Position numbers and translations under genes: made by a program. Positions 27,381 to 42,953 of a stretch of 64,000 nt of DNA are shown here, piece after piece (the stretch's first letter is position 1; each line of letters starts with the position of its first letter). Origin of the DNA: Eledone cirrhosa (lineage: Eukaryota); assembly GCA_964016885.1 (NCBI GenBank), contig OZ024750.1:21762001-21826000 (forward strand), given 5' to 3'. Under the pieces are notes generated by a model. That model had not been told where the DNA came from. It saw only the letters and a list, made by a program, of their open reading frames with translations, and did no database searches.

Positions 27381-27910
27381 ACAGAAACAAGCGGAACATT
27401 TTATGAACATGACATCTGAAGGCGGTTTTCCTCTGTACGGTGGCTATGGTGAAAGAAGTTATATGGTGGACGAGGTTGAGAGGACTGAGGACAGATGCCT
27501 TTCTCTCCGGACAACAATTGATTCCCTTCTTTAAGTATCACTTTAGAAGGAGAATCAGGGTGGAGAGAGAGGAGGCACTGCACCCCAGTAAATTTACTGA
27601 AAGGTGGGTGAATGAAGCGAAAATGGCCCGAGTGATTGGGCCTTCTCTGTTTATAAGCCTGTAGGTTGAGGAAGAGAGCAAGAGGAAGAAAGGAGCACTT
27701 GCACAACACGCTCCTTGAGTTGATGGTTGTTCTATCGACGGGGTATTAAACAACCCATTTGTGGCGCCTCCCCCCTATTGGGGATTTCGATTGTTGAAAT
27801 TGTTTGTTTTTATATTTTTTACACGACTGTATGTAAAATCCCCGGCATGTATTTGTATTGTCCCCTTTCTTGTTGCGCCCTTGTGGCTAATAAAGAAATC
27901 TATCTATCTC
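27381..27910 (+). mobile_element. Tx1/L1-clade LINE, 5'-truncated 3' end
   Basis: FLCTVAMVKEVIWWTRLRGLRTDAFLSGQQLIPFFKYHFRRRIRVERE...FTERWV resembles Tx1-type ORF2 C-termini (AK..IW..R...F..RW). It is followed by a 3' UTR with AATAAA (~27888) and a short (TATC)n tail. Confidence 0.65.
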
Positions 27911-28081
27911 ATTTAAGGCGGTAAGAGTTGTCATAGATCTTTGGTTTAAAGATCCAAATCGCCTAGCCTATATCTAGAAGATATGGGGTTCGAATCCTCG
28001 TAACGGTGAATGGCAACTTCTTTTTTCTGTCTTTAAAGAGTTCTCACCTTATTTTATAGCATCTCCGCGCATGAGCCCATC

Positions 28082-28140
<59 letters not shown>

Positions 28141-28144
<4 letters not shown>

Positions 28145-28293
28145 AATGAATAATAACAGGTAGACATCATAAAAAGGTAATTTATTCCGTGTGGTTACAA
28201 GTGTTTCCACGGTGGTACTGCAGCCTAGTTACCGTACGTCAACCATATCCAGTGTAGTAATTAACCATTACTACATCTTGGATAATCCTATAC

Positions 28294-28296
<3 letters not shown>
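28141..28296 (-). mobile_element. (TA)n-embedded short element with degenerate hammerhead-like motif
   Basis: Minus strand TGGTTGACGT-ACGGT..ACCGT-GGAAAC-ACTT-GTA-ACCA, then AATAAA; flanked on both sides by (TA)n. Confidence 0.4.
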
Positions 28297-28359
<63 letters not shown>

Positions 28360-28468
28360 TATTCATATATATTCATTATAAGTACAGATTAAAGTTTAAG
28401 CAAAGAATCGCTGCTTTCACCCTTAACGGGATCTTCTATTATTTGCTCTGCGGGTTTATATATATTTT

Positions 28469-28501
<33 letters not shown>

Positions 28502-28546
28502 ATCCTTATCGAGCCCCCTTCGGATTTTAGTCTTCACATTTATTAT

Positions 28547-28598
<52 letters not shown>

Positions 28599-28937
28599 CT
28601 AGACTTTACAGTAGTACTTTTGTTACGAAGTTAAATCATACTTTCCTCGAAAAATATAATATATAATTCATTAGTGAAGCAAAAATACTTCTGGAAAACT
28701 CCAGAAAGTAGCTAGACTTTTACTACATGGTTTTGTAATGTCACAAGACTACTATTTATTCCTCGGATTAAAAGAACATGATTTATTTATATATTTTTGT
28801 GCATACATATATTGTCGGTCACGTGACTTTTTTTTCACTCATACTTTGTCGCCTTTACTATATATATGTGTGTATTTATATATGTGTATGCATATAAAGA
28901 TATATAGATATATTTGCATGTGTTATATATATATATG

Positions 28938-29085
<148 letters not shown>

Positions 29086-29714
29086 GGTGTGTCTGTGTTA
29101 TTGAATTGAAAACCTAGATATAGTACATCCAAGTCCTATTGACTTGGAACTGTACGTGTTGAAGTATATAAGATATCATAAAAAAAAAATACCACAGATG
29201 GCTTATTAAAAATTAATACAGGAGGGAAAAAATATATATAGCCTACTTATATAAGCCAAATAACTGCTAAGAATGCGTATATAATGTGACTATAATTATA
29301 TTACAGTTATGAGAGTCACTAATGCGCATAGTATATGTGTTGTGGATGTGTGAAGCGCACATGTGTGTGTCATAAAAACCAAAGTATAGCTCAAGTAGAA
29401 ATTTTCTTCAGACCTATGTATATTAATATAGAAATATATATATTTTTTTTATTCAAAGATACGAACTTTACAGATCGCTATTCCGTATCGAATAATACTT
29501 AATGCTTAATTCTATAGAGAAATTTGTGACTATTTTGGGCTGGAACAAGTAAACGGATTTATATATTTGGATAGGATGTTACTAATTTAAGACTAATATG
29601 ACTATTACTCACCTTAGTACTTCATACATTAAAGTAGAGCGTAGATATTATTTCCATTCAAACATCGAAATGGTTTAATCTTGATTTTAAGTGAACTATA
29701 TTAGGTACATACAT

Positions 29715-29783
<69 letters not shown>

Positions 29784-29816
29784 GTCACGTAAATTTCTGA
29801 AATTGTAGCCAATCGG

Positions 29817-29857
<41 letters not shown>

Positions 29858-29890
29858 GTCACGTAAATTTCTGAAATTGTAGCCAATCGG

Positions 29891-30013
<123 letters not shown>

Positions 30014-30018
30014 CAGAC

Positions 30019-30069
<51 letters not shown>

Positions 30070-31384
30070 CTGCAATGTTGCAGGAGCTTCGCTCTAAAGC
30101 TCATGTGTATTGTCCGCTTGACAAGCGTTTCTGTAGAAAATACTTGGCCTTTGAGCCACATTTGTAGTATCACAGTTTACTGACTGAAACCAGTAAAATA
30201 TGGGAAATAATAGAAAAGATATTACACCAGAATACATGAAAATTCCAATAAATGTTTATGCAGCATATATGGTGATAGTAAATGTTTTCAGAGATATAAA
30301 ATTTCAGCCATAAAATCCATACGCTGGGCTTTTATTCTTCTCCACAAACGCAGCACATCACAAGGAAATTTATATCATAAAACAAAAGCTAGTCAATAAT
30401 GTATATTCTCATAATTTAGTAGCCTAAATTATACAACACTACACAAACAAAATCAGCACAGTAATATGCAATAGCTATAATACCCAGTAGAAATAAAAAT
30501 AATAATAAAAAAGTATGTTATATGAACCAAATTCATCTTGGTTATATAATAGATGAACGCAATTATCAAAAAGGTTTATCAAAAGAACGCATTATGCATT
30601 AAACCCCGTCAATAATCTAGTACCATTAATAATATTATCTAATAAGAAAAAATAAAGCTCTCTCACCAACAAGCCTGCAAAATATTGAATTAAACTTCGA
30701 ATGACAAATGTAATTTTACAAATTCAAATATAAACGGGAAAGTTTATGATTATAAATTCATTTATCTAACTGTTAAATGGAACAAACATTGTTTTCAATA
30801 TAGTTACGATGATCATCATTGATCATTGATCATTGATCATTGATCATTGATCATGATGAAGGATCCTCCGTCGGTGTTGACGTTGAGCATTCGGTTATTC
30901 GACCAATTGTACGTCAAATTCGTGAATTGATGTGTGTTTCAGACATCCACAGACTTAAAATTCGCAAGTACATTTAAAATTCCCAAGCCGAATCAGCATT
31001 ACACAATATGTGAAAAGGTTGGACCTTTGAATTGCTGGTACAATTGTATGAAAGCTGATCATATGATCGGCTTTCATACAATTGAAAGCCGATCATATGA
31101 TCGGCTTTCACACAATTCCCGCTTAATTTCACTCACAAGGCTTGTCCAATGTACGTACACTACTGCAAAAACAGAATTTAACAAGACATCTCATCTATGC
31201 CTCGCCTACAAGACGGCAAACGTGTTGCCAAGAAAACTAGCAGCAATATACACATATACTGCATCAACCATTGTACCTCACGGGTTTTTTTCCTCGAACG
31301 AAACGGCTGCATCCTAAGTTGACAAAAAAGAACAGCAATTCGGAGACCGAAGACACCAGAGTTATGAACAGTGACTGGAGCAGA

Positions 31385-31765
31385 AGAAAGGAATCTCGTT
31401 GTTAATGACTGGTAGTTAATGACTGGTGGGGGGGGGGTACATGTGTAGCCTATTTTCCCTGTATGACGAATAAATATGTGACGGTACTTATGGCCTGCCG
31501 GGAAGTGAACATCTAGGAGGTCTAAGAATTTTCTACCTACATTGGTCTTCATATTGAGCGCGAATGGTGGTGCAAACCACACGACGGATTTATGTCTTGG
31601 TATTTCTTGCTAGCTATAGGGTAGTGATCTGGAGAGTCAGTGATTCTCTTGGAGAAGCCACTGTTGCTTAGGGCTGAGTTGTAGTAAGGGGGCTTCCCTG
31701 TTAAAAATGGCTTTGCTAGAAGAGTGGTTGGATATCCTCTTATTGTTGTAACTATTTATACTTAA
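31385..31765 (-). mobile_element. Penelope-like retroelement ORF fragment (RT thumb / linker before GIY-YIG), degenerate
   Basis: Minus strand: KRISNHSSSKAIFNREAP..YNSALSNSGF and WFAPPFALNMKTNVGRKFLDLLDVHFPAGHKYRHIFIRHTGKIGYTC, matching the PLE motif WFNPP(Y/F)..NV.TN.G..FL.L.D.HFP..H....IFNR.TVK.SYSC. Confidence 0.85.
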
Positions 31766-32056
31766 CTCGTCCTATGGACTGAATGCTCTTACCCTTGAAT
31801 GTTTATACCAAATTTGTACTACAGTATATATATATATGTGTGTGGGGGGGGGGTGTATGTATGTGTGTATGCATGCATTATGGCCCAATTGTTAAGGAAT
31901 TCGCCTCTTGCGTATTATCTTGCGTAAGTTAATCGTTAATGCTATACAAGTCGATGGAATGCTCAGCCACTTACACCTCAATTTCTTGAGAGATTCTTCC
32001 GTTAAACGAATAAATCAAACAGTCATCGTTGAAACTGATGGAACTCCATTGCCGAG

Positions 32057-32152
32057 ATAAACTTTGCTTTTCATCCTTACGGGGTCGATAAAATAAAGTA
32101 CCAGTAATGCACTGGGTAATTGCTGGCCTTGTGCCTAAAGTAGAAACAATTA
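32057..32152 (+). mobile_element. SINE family 1, 5'-truncated
   Basis: taactttgcttttcatccttacggggtcgataaaataaagtaccag...gtagaaacaatta. Confidence 0.85.
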
Positions 32153-32294
32153 ATATATATGTGTTTGTGTATGTCTTTCTGTATATATATGAAAGTTTGA
32201 ATATCTGTATATATGTATGCATGCATATAGGGATATATGTATGTCTGTATATGTGTTTGTGTATATGTCTATGTGTCTATGTACGTATTATGTC

Positions 32295-33963
32295 GTATGT
32301 ATGTGTGTCTGTGTGTATCTGTGTATGTATGTGTGCCTGTGTGTATCTATGTATGTATGTGTGCCTGTGTGTATCTGTGTATGTATGTGTGTCTGTGTGT
32401 ATCTGTATGTGTGTTTGTGTGTATCTATGTATGTATGTGTGTCTGTGTGTATCTATGTATGTATGTGTATCTGTGTGTATCTGTGTATGTATGTGTGCCT
32501 GTGTGTATCTATGTATGTATGTGTGTCTGTGTGTATCTGTGTATGTATGTGTGTCTGTGTGTATCTATGTATGTATGTGTGTCTGTGTGTATCTGTGTAT
32601 GTATGTGGGCCTGTGTGTATCTATGTATGTATGTGTGTCTGTGTGTATCTATGTATGTATGTGTGCCTGTGTGTATCTATGAATGTATGTGTGTCTGTGT
32701 GTATCTATGTATGTATGTGTGTCTGTGTGTATCTGTGTATGTATGTGTGTCTGTGTGTATCTATGTATGTGTGTTTGTGTGTATCTATGTATGTATGTGT
32801 GTCTGTGTGTATCTATGTATGTATGTGTGTCTGTGTGTATCTGTGTATGTATGTGTGTCTGTGTATATCTGTGTATGTATGTGTGTATGTGTGTATCTAT
32901 GTATGTATGTGTGTCTGTGTGTATCTGTGTATGTATGTGTGTCTGTGTGTATCTATGTATGTATGTGTGCCTGTGTGTATCTATGTATGTATGTGTGTCT
33001 GTGTGTATCTATTTATGTATGTATGTCTGTGTGTATCTGTGTATGTATGTGTGTATGTGTGTATATATGTATGTATGTGTGTAGGTCTGTGTGTATCTAT
33101 GAACGTATGTGTGTCTGTGTGTATCTGTGTATGTATGTGTGTCTGTGTATATCTGTGTATGTATGTGTGTATGTGTGTATCTATGTATGTATGTATGTCT
33201 GTGTGTATCTATTTATGTATGTGTGTCTGTGTGTATCTATTTATGTATGTATGTCTGTGTGTATCTATGTATGTATGTGTGTATGTGTGTATCTATTTAT
33301 GTATGTATGTCTGTGTGTATATATGTATGTATGTGTGTCTGTGTGTATCTGTGTATGTATGTGTGTATGTGTGTATCTATGTATGTATGTGTGTCTGTGT
33401 ATATCTGTGTATGTATGTGGGCCTGTGTGTATCTATGTATGTATGTGTGTCTGTGTGTATCTATTTATGTATGTATGTCTGTGTGTATCTATTTATGTAT
33501 GTGTGTCTGTGTGTATCTATTTATGTATGTATGTCTGTGTGTATCTATGTATGTATGTGTGCCTGTGTATATCTATGTATGTATGTGTGTCTGTGTGTAT
33601 CTATGTATGTATGTGTGTCTGTGTGTATCTATTTATGTATGTATGTCTGTGTGTATATATGTATGTATGTGTGTCTGTGTGTATCTGTGTATGTATGTGT
33701 GTCTGTGTGTATCTATCTATGTATGTGTGTAGGTCTGTGTGTATCTATGTATGTATGTGTGTCTGTGTGTATCTGTGTATGTCTGTATGTCTGTGTGTAT
33801 CTGTGTATGTATGTGTGTATGTGTGTATCTATGTATGTATGTGTGTAGGTCTGTGTGTATGTATGTGTGTCTGTGTGTATCTGTGTATGTATGTGTGTAT
33901 GTGTGTATCTATGTATGTATGTGTGTAGGTCTGTGTGTATCTATGTATGTGTGTAGGTCTGTG
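32295..33963. repeat. 28-bp (24-bp variant) TG/TATG-derived minisatellite
   Basis: Unit CTGTGTGTATCTATGTATGTATGTGTGT with point variants; source of the 543 and 563 aa pseudo-ORFs. Confidence 0.93.
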
Positions 33964-34641
33964 TAAAAGGTGATTTTGTGTTTGATTGTGTTCTTGTTAA
34001 CGTATAACGAATTGAATTTATTTGAAATGCTATGAATAATTGAATGTACGTGAGCGTTGTGTATGTATGTATGCATCTATTTATGTATGCATTTATGTAT
34101 GTGTGTATATGTGTACGTATGTATCTACGTATGTACGTATGCATGTATGTATGTGTGTAGTATGTATGTATGTACGTATGTATGCATTTATGTATGTATA
34201 TACGTATGTATGTACATATGTATGTATGTATGTACGTATGTACATATGTATGTGTGTACGTATGTATGTATGTATGTATGCATCTATACATGTATGTATG
34301 TATGTATGTATGTGTGCATGTATGTATGTATATGTATGTATGTATGTATGTATGTATGGGGTGTTTTTCTTTGTGCGGTTGATTAAATTCAAATAGATTG
34401 CATTGTATGTATATAGGCAATCAATTTATGCATTTCTCTCTCTCCCTACATTCTCTCAACTCTCTCTTCTCTCTCTCTCCCTCTACTCTTTCTCTCTCAT
34501 CTCTGTCTTCTCTCTCCACCCACCTAACCCTCTCCCTCTTACTCTATCAATCCCTTCCTATCGTGTATTCCTCTCGCTCTACGTATGAATGTGTGTCTGT
34601 GTATGTGTGTGCATGTGTGTGTGTTTATGTGTGTGTGTGTT

Positions 34642-34806
<165 letters not shown>

Positions 34807-35200
34807 AAAGTGTGGTGCGAAAATACCGGTAGCGTGCGCTCATAAAGATTGTACATAGAAGGAGCTACTTACGTTTTGAGTATGGCGCGTGAAGAAACAA
34901 ATTCAATTAACTGAGATTATCCTTGCAATTTCAAAGCGGAAACTCTCTTTGGAGGTGTTCAGATCGTTAGAAACCAGCAAGAAAGAGAATCAATATAGAT
35001 AGAAAACAAAGAGGACAGGAGTTAAAGAAGAACTCAATATACACTATTATGTAGATTTAGTATGTTTTATTGGAACAGTCGTTTTGCGGCTTATTTCCCC
35101 CGTTTCGACAAGCGTACGGTTAGATCTACATGCAGCATTGTTCCTCATGAGTTAAATCAAGTTGAAACTAGAGATTAAGTCATAGAACTTCGGCTAAGAG

Positions 35201-35231
<31 letters not shown>

Positions 35232-35233
35232 CT

Positions 35234-35319
<86 letters not shown>

Positions 35320-35598
35320 GGCTTTATTATGAAGAGCTACCAAGATTCGGAGATCGACTAGAAAATAGTCGACGTCAAATAAGGCAAATATCAATACGTC
35401 AATGAATGCAAATATTTGAGTTAGCAATAGGTGGAGAGAGGCCCATATGACGGCTATCACGTCAGTTCGCCATTCGGTAGAGATGTTTCTTTGTCCATAT
35501 TCGTTCTGTCTCAACTAGTTCAGCGATTGATAAATGTATATAAATTTCCAAGTTTGAAACTTGCCCAATTACTTCTTATCGGTTTATATACTAAACCA

Positions 35599-35648
<50 letters not shown>

Positions 35649-35783
35649 ACTGTAGTACAAAGCTGAGTGGCAGAATGGTTAGAGTGTAATATATATATGT
35701 GTATATATTTATTTATATATATATATATTAATTATTAATTATTAATTATTAATAAATATATATATATATATATTTATTATTAC

Positions 35784-35821
<38 letters not shown>

Positions 35822-36010
35822 CAGAGGTTATATTTAATTTGTTGGGATACAACAAGCTTAAAAATATTTTTATAACTGATATAAAGCACTCAACAAATTA
35901 TTTGGAGTAAATATAAAATATAGTAACAAATGGAAACTATATTTATAAAACCATATTTATTCTATTATACATATTTCAAGGGCCACCAAGGCAAATTATG
36001 GTGCGCTTTC

Positions 36011-36060
<50 letters not shown>

Positions 36061-36738
36061 AGGTTCGGCACCTGTTCTTAAGGTCGTGACTTCAGCTTAT
36101 TACGAACTTGTGCACCATCACAGTGCATTCTGTTCTCGAGCAATGCACTATCTGTCACGTTGCTTCAGTGCACCAATCACCCAGTTGCGTCTGTAATTGA
36201 GAGAGCCAGTCTGGGCCCATATTGGGCCATGTTGAATCTCCATGGGAATTGCTTTAAAATTGCTAACCTCAGCGGAATTTGAACTCAGAACGTAAAAGGC
36301 CATAAATCTATGCTACAAATCATGGTGTCTGAGGCTCTACCGATTAATAATAATAATAATATAAAAAGGAACGATCGACTTTCGTCAAATCGAACCGAGG
36401 AAACAATGTTTCCATTGGTCTTTCCAGTTGCTAGTACTATTTATCGGTCGCAACTCCAGGTAGAAGGAGCAACGTGACATAAAGTGTTTTGCTCAAAGAC
36501 ATAACGCATCACCCGGTCCGCGAATCGAACTCACAATCTCACGATTGCGAATCCAATTCTCTAACCCCTCAGCAACACGCCTTCACTTAATAATAGTATA
36601 TAGTGAATAATATATATATATATATTTGTGTGTGGATGTATATAATGATCAAATGCCACTACATATGCATATATATGCAATTTAATCCCATACTGTTTGT
36701 GTAGATATACATACATGCATAACACACACAGACACACA

Positions 36739-36818
<80 letters not shown>

Positions 36819-37449
36819 AGCAAATTATAAACGTAAACATGTAAGTATGTTTTTGAAACGGTGCGCGAGTTTGAAATTAGAAATTAGAAATTATAAGCTT
36901 TCACCGTATTTTAGACTAAAGAAATTTCTAGCCTGATAGTGGGGTTTATAACTCTCGGAGAAATGGAAAAAGATGAGTGTTGCCGTACACACATACAAAC
37001 GTATTTATTCAATAAGATGAACGAGCGATGCAAGCTGTTCCGTTGTTTAAATAACTGGAACGCTCGTTGTTATTACTGACGGAGACTCCACCAACACCAA
37101 ACATGTGCGTATCTATTTGAATTTACAATTCAGTAGAAACCATACTTAATATATATAGTACAATCTATTCCCTTTTTTTTTAAGAGATGTTTATAAAATA
37201 AATATCTTCAGTATGTTTAGCATTCAGAATGAAAAATAGCGGAATATTTAGGGTTAAAGCTCAACTAACAGATATTACCATTTTCCTGACGGTTATATAT
37301 GTTTCATGCAAATATTGTTATAAATAATATATATTATTCTCTGCATGTGTCTATATTTATGTATATATGATTGCGTATTCATATATAAACATACCTATAT
37401 ACAAATACATATATAAATATGCATTCATATGCACTTATATATATATTTA

Positions 37450-37514
<65 letters not shown>

Positions 37515-37572
37515 GCATATATAAATATATATGTACATATATGTATATATATATATATATTTATATATGTAT

Positions 37573-37603
<31 letters not shown>

Positions 37604-37614
37604 CATATATAAAT

Positions 37615-37663
<49 letters not shown>

Positions 37664-37684
37664 AATATATATACATAATCCTAT

Positions 37685-37765
<81 letters not shown>

Positions 37766-38006
37766 TATTTAAGTGCATATACATACTCATATATACATAT
37801 ATATATATTAATGTGTGTGTTTGCGAGCGTGCGGCTGATTGTCAGTGTGTGCGTGAGTGTGTTAGCAATGATTTTACTGATTGTCATTCGGGGAACAAAT
37901 TCTTTCATAAATGAATTCAGACAAGACACTTACAATGTTAGAGCGAAACGTATGCAAAGTTGCATGCACAAATCTCATCTCCTCTCTTACTCTTTCTATG
38001 TGTGTG

Positions 38007-38042
<36 letters not shown>

Positions 38043-38091
38043 TTTATTTATATATATATGTATATACATAGATATACATATGTATATACAT

Positions 38092-38163
<72 letters not shown>

Positions 38164-38184
38164 GTATATACATATATATATATT

Positions 38185-38216
<32 letters not shown>

Positions 38217-38252
38217 CATATATATATATATATATACAAATTTATATAAATA

Positions 38253-38319
<67 letters not shown>

Positions 38320-38416
38320 GTGTGTGTATATACATATATATATATATATGTATATGCATATATATATATATATATGTATATACATATATATACACATATA
38401 TATATATGTATATACA

Positions 38417-38449
<33 letters not shown>

Positions 38450-38450
38450 G

Positions 38451-38542
<92 letters not shown>

Positions 38543-38637
38543 AATTTATATACACAAATTTATATAAATATATATGTATATATTGTTATACTTGGGGAGG
38601 GTCATATTTTTGTAATATTGCCAGAATTAATAACAGA

Positions 38638-38729
<92 letters not shown>

Positions 38730-39014
38730 GTACATACATACATACATACATACATACATACATACATACATACATACATACATACATACATACATACATA
38801 CATACATACATACACTTACACATATACATACCAAACGCACACGCAGAAAAGATAGGACGGAATTTCACATGCAGATTTTCCAAACATCTCCGCCGCCGTG
38901 TTGTGCGTGTCTTGTCTGACTTCATTTCTCTACAAATTATTTATCCTATGACAATCAGTAGAATCATTCTCTATACATATACACCATATACACATATATA
39001 TATAATACGTGTGT

Positions 39015-39075
<61 letters not shown>

Positions 39076-39247
39076 GTGTGTGTGTGTGTCGTGTGTGTGT
39101 GTGTGTGTGTGTGTGTCGTGTGTGTGTCGTGTGTGTGTGTGTGTGTGTCGTGTGTGTGTGTCGTGTGTCGTGTCGTGTGTGTGTACCAACATTCATACAT
39201 ACATACATACATACATACATACATACATACATACATACATACATACA

Positions 39248-39279
<32 letters not shown>

Positions 39280-39517
39280 CTGCATTTTTTATCGATCTGG
39301 AATTCCTTGTGAAGTCGTAGGAGCACTGCAGTAACATACTGTGTATTTCTTGGCCATTCAAAACCTGACAGAACTCATCCATCACCAGATTTGAACACTG
39401 TAGATGTCTTCGAGAGAAGGAGACAGACAGAAATTGTGATAGAAAAGAAGTGAGAAAGCAATATAGAGAAAGAATTAACCCTACATATTGGAATGGTATT
39501 ATTTTATCGACTTCGAG

Positions 39518-39705
39518 GGCGGTGGATTGGCAGTATCGGTAGAGAGTCGGACGCCATGCTTTCCAGCATAGTTACGTCCCTTTACGATCTGAGTTCAAAT
39601 CCCGCCGAGGTTGACTTTGCCTTTCATCCTTACAGGGTCGATAAAATAAAGTACCAGTAATACACTGGGTAATTGCTGGCCTTGTGCCTAAAGTAGAAAC
39701 AATTA
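39518..39705 (+). mobile_element. SINE family 1, full length with perfect 19-bp TSD
   Basis: ATTATTTTATCGACTTCGA at 39498-39516 and 39702-39720. Confidence 0.93.
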
Positions 39706-41004
39706 TTTTATCGACTTCGAAATGTTGGTAGGAAAAATTGACCTCCATGTGTGGTTTGGACTCAGATTGCTGAAACGAATACCACAAAGCACTTTATCCG
39801 ACTTTCTAACAACTCTAATAATGCGCCTCTTTATATTGTCTACAAGTATATATATATATTTATTTATATATATGTGTGTGGAGAGAGAGAGATTGAGAGA
39901 GAGAGAGAAGAGAGAGAGAGAGAGGACGCCAAATAAAATGCTTTGCGTTATTCGATCTAGTTCCCTGAGTGAATTTAAATCCTGCCGAATCAACTTTGTC
40001 TTTCTTTGGAGATCGATAAATAAGTAACAGTTCAGTATTGAGATCAATTCTACCTTGATATATCTTTCTCACGTCCTGTCTATGACTCCCTTTCTCGGGA
40101 AAAAATCAGCTGTGTTCAAGAAATATATAGGCTCCACCATGTTTGAAATGTCCAAGTCACATTGTATATCACTACGGCTCCCCTTACAACTCCATCAAGA
40201 GTTATAGAGATTCCTGGTTTTCTAATAAGGATCAGACTCAGGACAGCTTAGGGCTACGTTACATTACGTAACGATACAGCTCAACTCTTTAGATCACGGC
40301 GTCCTCAGACGTATACAAACATTTTTGACTGGTTTATAACATGTCTGCCTCTAATGGAAATAAGTTTTAATTATTCCCTTCCATTCAACAATCTTACCAA
40401 CAAAAGAGAACTGAAATAAAAATATACGTAATAAAAGAATAAGTAATAAAAATAATAATGTGGAAAAAATAAGAAAAAAGGAAAAATAAAGAAGTATGGA
40501 CGGAAAAGTTTAGAGATATGAAAAGAAAAATTAAAATAATAAAAAATAAAATATATAGGGATTAGATAGAGGGATAAAAAGTGAAAGAAAGAAGGAAGTA
40601 TTTCAACTGAAACCTATATCAAGTGATCCGTTTTTCATGTATAAATTGCCAATAAAAACAAAAATATCAATGAAAATTAAAATAGTAGTAAGATTAAGCA
40701 TATCATTAGATATAGATTTAGAGGTAGAATAAAAATTCGGAAACGGATAAAAAAAATACAGATAAATAATAAGAAAAATAAGTAAATATATAAAATACTT
40801 GAGATTATATATGTAGCATGATGTTCCATATAATTTGATGAGTAGATACAAGTGAGAGCTCTATATAGATCAGTAAAAGTTTCCTTACTTATAGCAATGA
40901 ACAACAAAGAGAAAGTCTGTATCAGCTACATGCCTGATGATGATCTAAAATATTACTGTGACTATGTAATAAAAATATCACTCTTGATATTGCATAATTT
41001 TATC

Positions 41005-41305
41005 GTGGTTAGAACCTTAAATATTACAATTTTGACGACGAGGAAATTATTTTGGAAGGTTATTGATGTGAAATCGTGTGTTGAAACAAATATTGTTATA
41101 TTGGGGGAGGGTAATATTGTTATAACATTGCCAGAAATTTATAATAAAACACACTCACTGTTTGGTTAGAACCTTAAATATTATAAATTTTGACGGCGAT
41201 GAAATTGTTTTGCAAGGTTTTTGATATGAATTCGTGCGTTGAAACAAATATTTTTATATGTAGTTATATATAATATTGCCAGAAATAAATAATAAAACAC
41301 ACTCA
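41005..41305. repeat. Imperfect tandem duplication of a dispersed repeat (other copies at 38582-38640 and, inverted, 43455-43560)
   Basis: ggttagaaccttaaatatta...tgttgaaacaaatatt...attgccagaaat...aataaaacacactca occurs twice; attgttata.ttggggaggg recurs elsewhere. Confidence 0.7.
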
Positions 41306-41333
41306 GTTTCTTTTTCACTTAAGTATATTTCAT

Positions 41334-41597
41334 TCAATAATCGGCAGCTCGACGGACCCTTTAAAGGGTCCATTTTAAAGGGTCCGTCGAGCTGCCGATT
41401 ATTGAGTCGAGTAAGATCGGTACAGATCGAACCTTGAGCTGATCAGTGGCGAAACGCGCGTCACCTACCAATAAATGTAATGCAGGAGTAATCAATCGTC
41501 CTTGTTATCCTTTCAATATATTACACTCTGTATAGCTCTACACCTCAACACAGAAGTGAACCTAAACATCGAGTGCTCTCCCGGGTGAACCTGCAGT
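41334..41597 (+). mobile_element. Fold-back palindrome + hammerhead-like GAAACGCGCGTC + AATAAA, ending at (TA)n (Penelope-like end, inferred)
   Basis: Perfect ~32-bp arms tcaataatcggcagctcgacggaccctttaaa / tttaaagggtccgtcgagctgccgattattga; GAAACGCGCGTC at 41451-41462; AATAAA at ~41470. Confidence 0.55.
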
Positions 41598-41613
41598 AAC
41601 TCCAAGTTACACT

Positions 41614-41657
<44 letters not shown>

Positions 41658-41797
41658 CAATTTCTATATTAAATATTTATATTCTGCTATGTATTGAGTA
41701 CCTCACTTACTGTGGTCACCCCCGATTGATCCCGGGATAAACTTATATATATATATATATATGTACGTATGTATATATATATATATATATATATACG

Positions 41798-41903
<106 letters not shown>

Positions 41904-41934
41904 ATGTACGTATGTATATATATATATATGTACG

Positions 41935-42018
<84 letters not shown>

Positions 42019-42043
42019 TGTATATATATATATGTATATATAC

Positions 42044-42098
<55 letters not shown>

Positions 42099-42150
42099 CA
42101 TATATATAAATGTATAAATGTGTGTGTATTCGACTCAATTCAAATACAAA

Positions 42151-42212
<62 letters not shown>

Positions 42213-42761
42213 TTTGTATTTGAATTGAGTCGAATACACACACACATATGTATATATATATACATACACACAACAATCACACACATACATGCTTTCATAC
42301 ATGTGTATATTTGAAGATTACGATTCAATAAGATGCATGATATAATCTACTGCTTCGAAGCTATTCTAAAGTCAATCACTCCATCTTTATATACGTCTCA
42401 TTACGTCAGAAGCCAATAAACCTAAGAATAACAACAAAACAACCCCCAACATTAAAAGAAATAATCAACATAATCTCAACAACATATTCTAGAAAGTTCT
42501 ACAAAGCAAAACCAGTAGATTACGTATGCAGCTTCTCCAAATATATTTCTCCCTCTCATAGACCGTGTCTTGTCTGAATATATTGAACAACGAGTTTCTT
42601 TTCCCCCATGTGTCATTCGCCATAGTCATTACAGCTTTTCCTGCACATTCGGTAGAATATATGTCTGTCTGTCTGTCTGTCTGTCTGTATGTTGTCTTTA
42701 TGTAACATATATATAGAGAGAAAGTGAGATCTGTGTGTGTGTGTGTGTGTGTGGTGTGTGT

Positions 42762-42817
<56 letters not shown>

Positions 42818-42953
42818 TGATGGTAGATAAGATGCTTCCATAGGCGGTATGCCTATAAATATTTTTATATTTATATATTTATATATATATATATATATAT
42901 ATAGATTATATATATATATATATATATAGATTATATATATATAGATTATATTG

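Noticed and set aside
32107-33966. 543 and 563 aa ORFs
   Set aside because: Translations of a stop-poor TG/TATG minisatellite, open in several frames.
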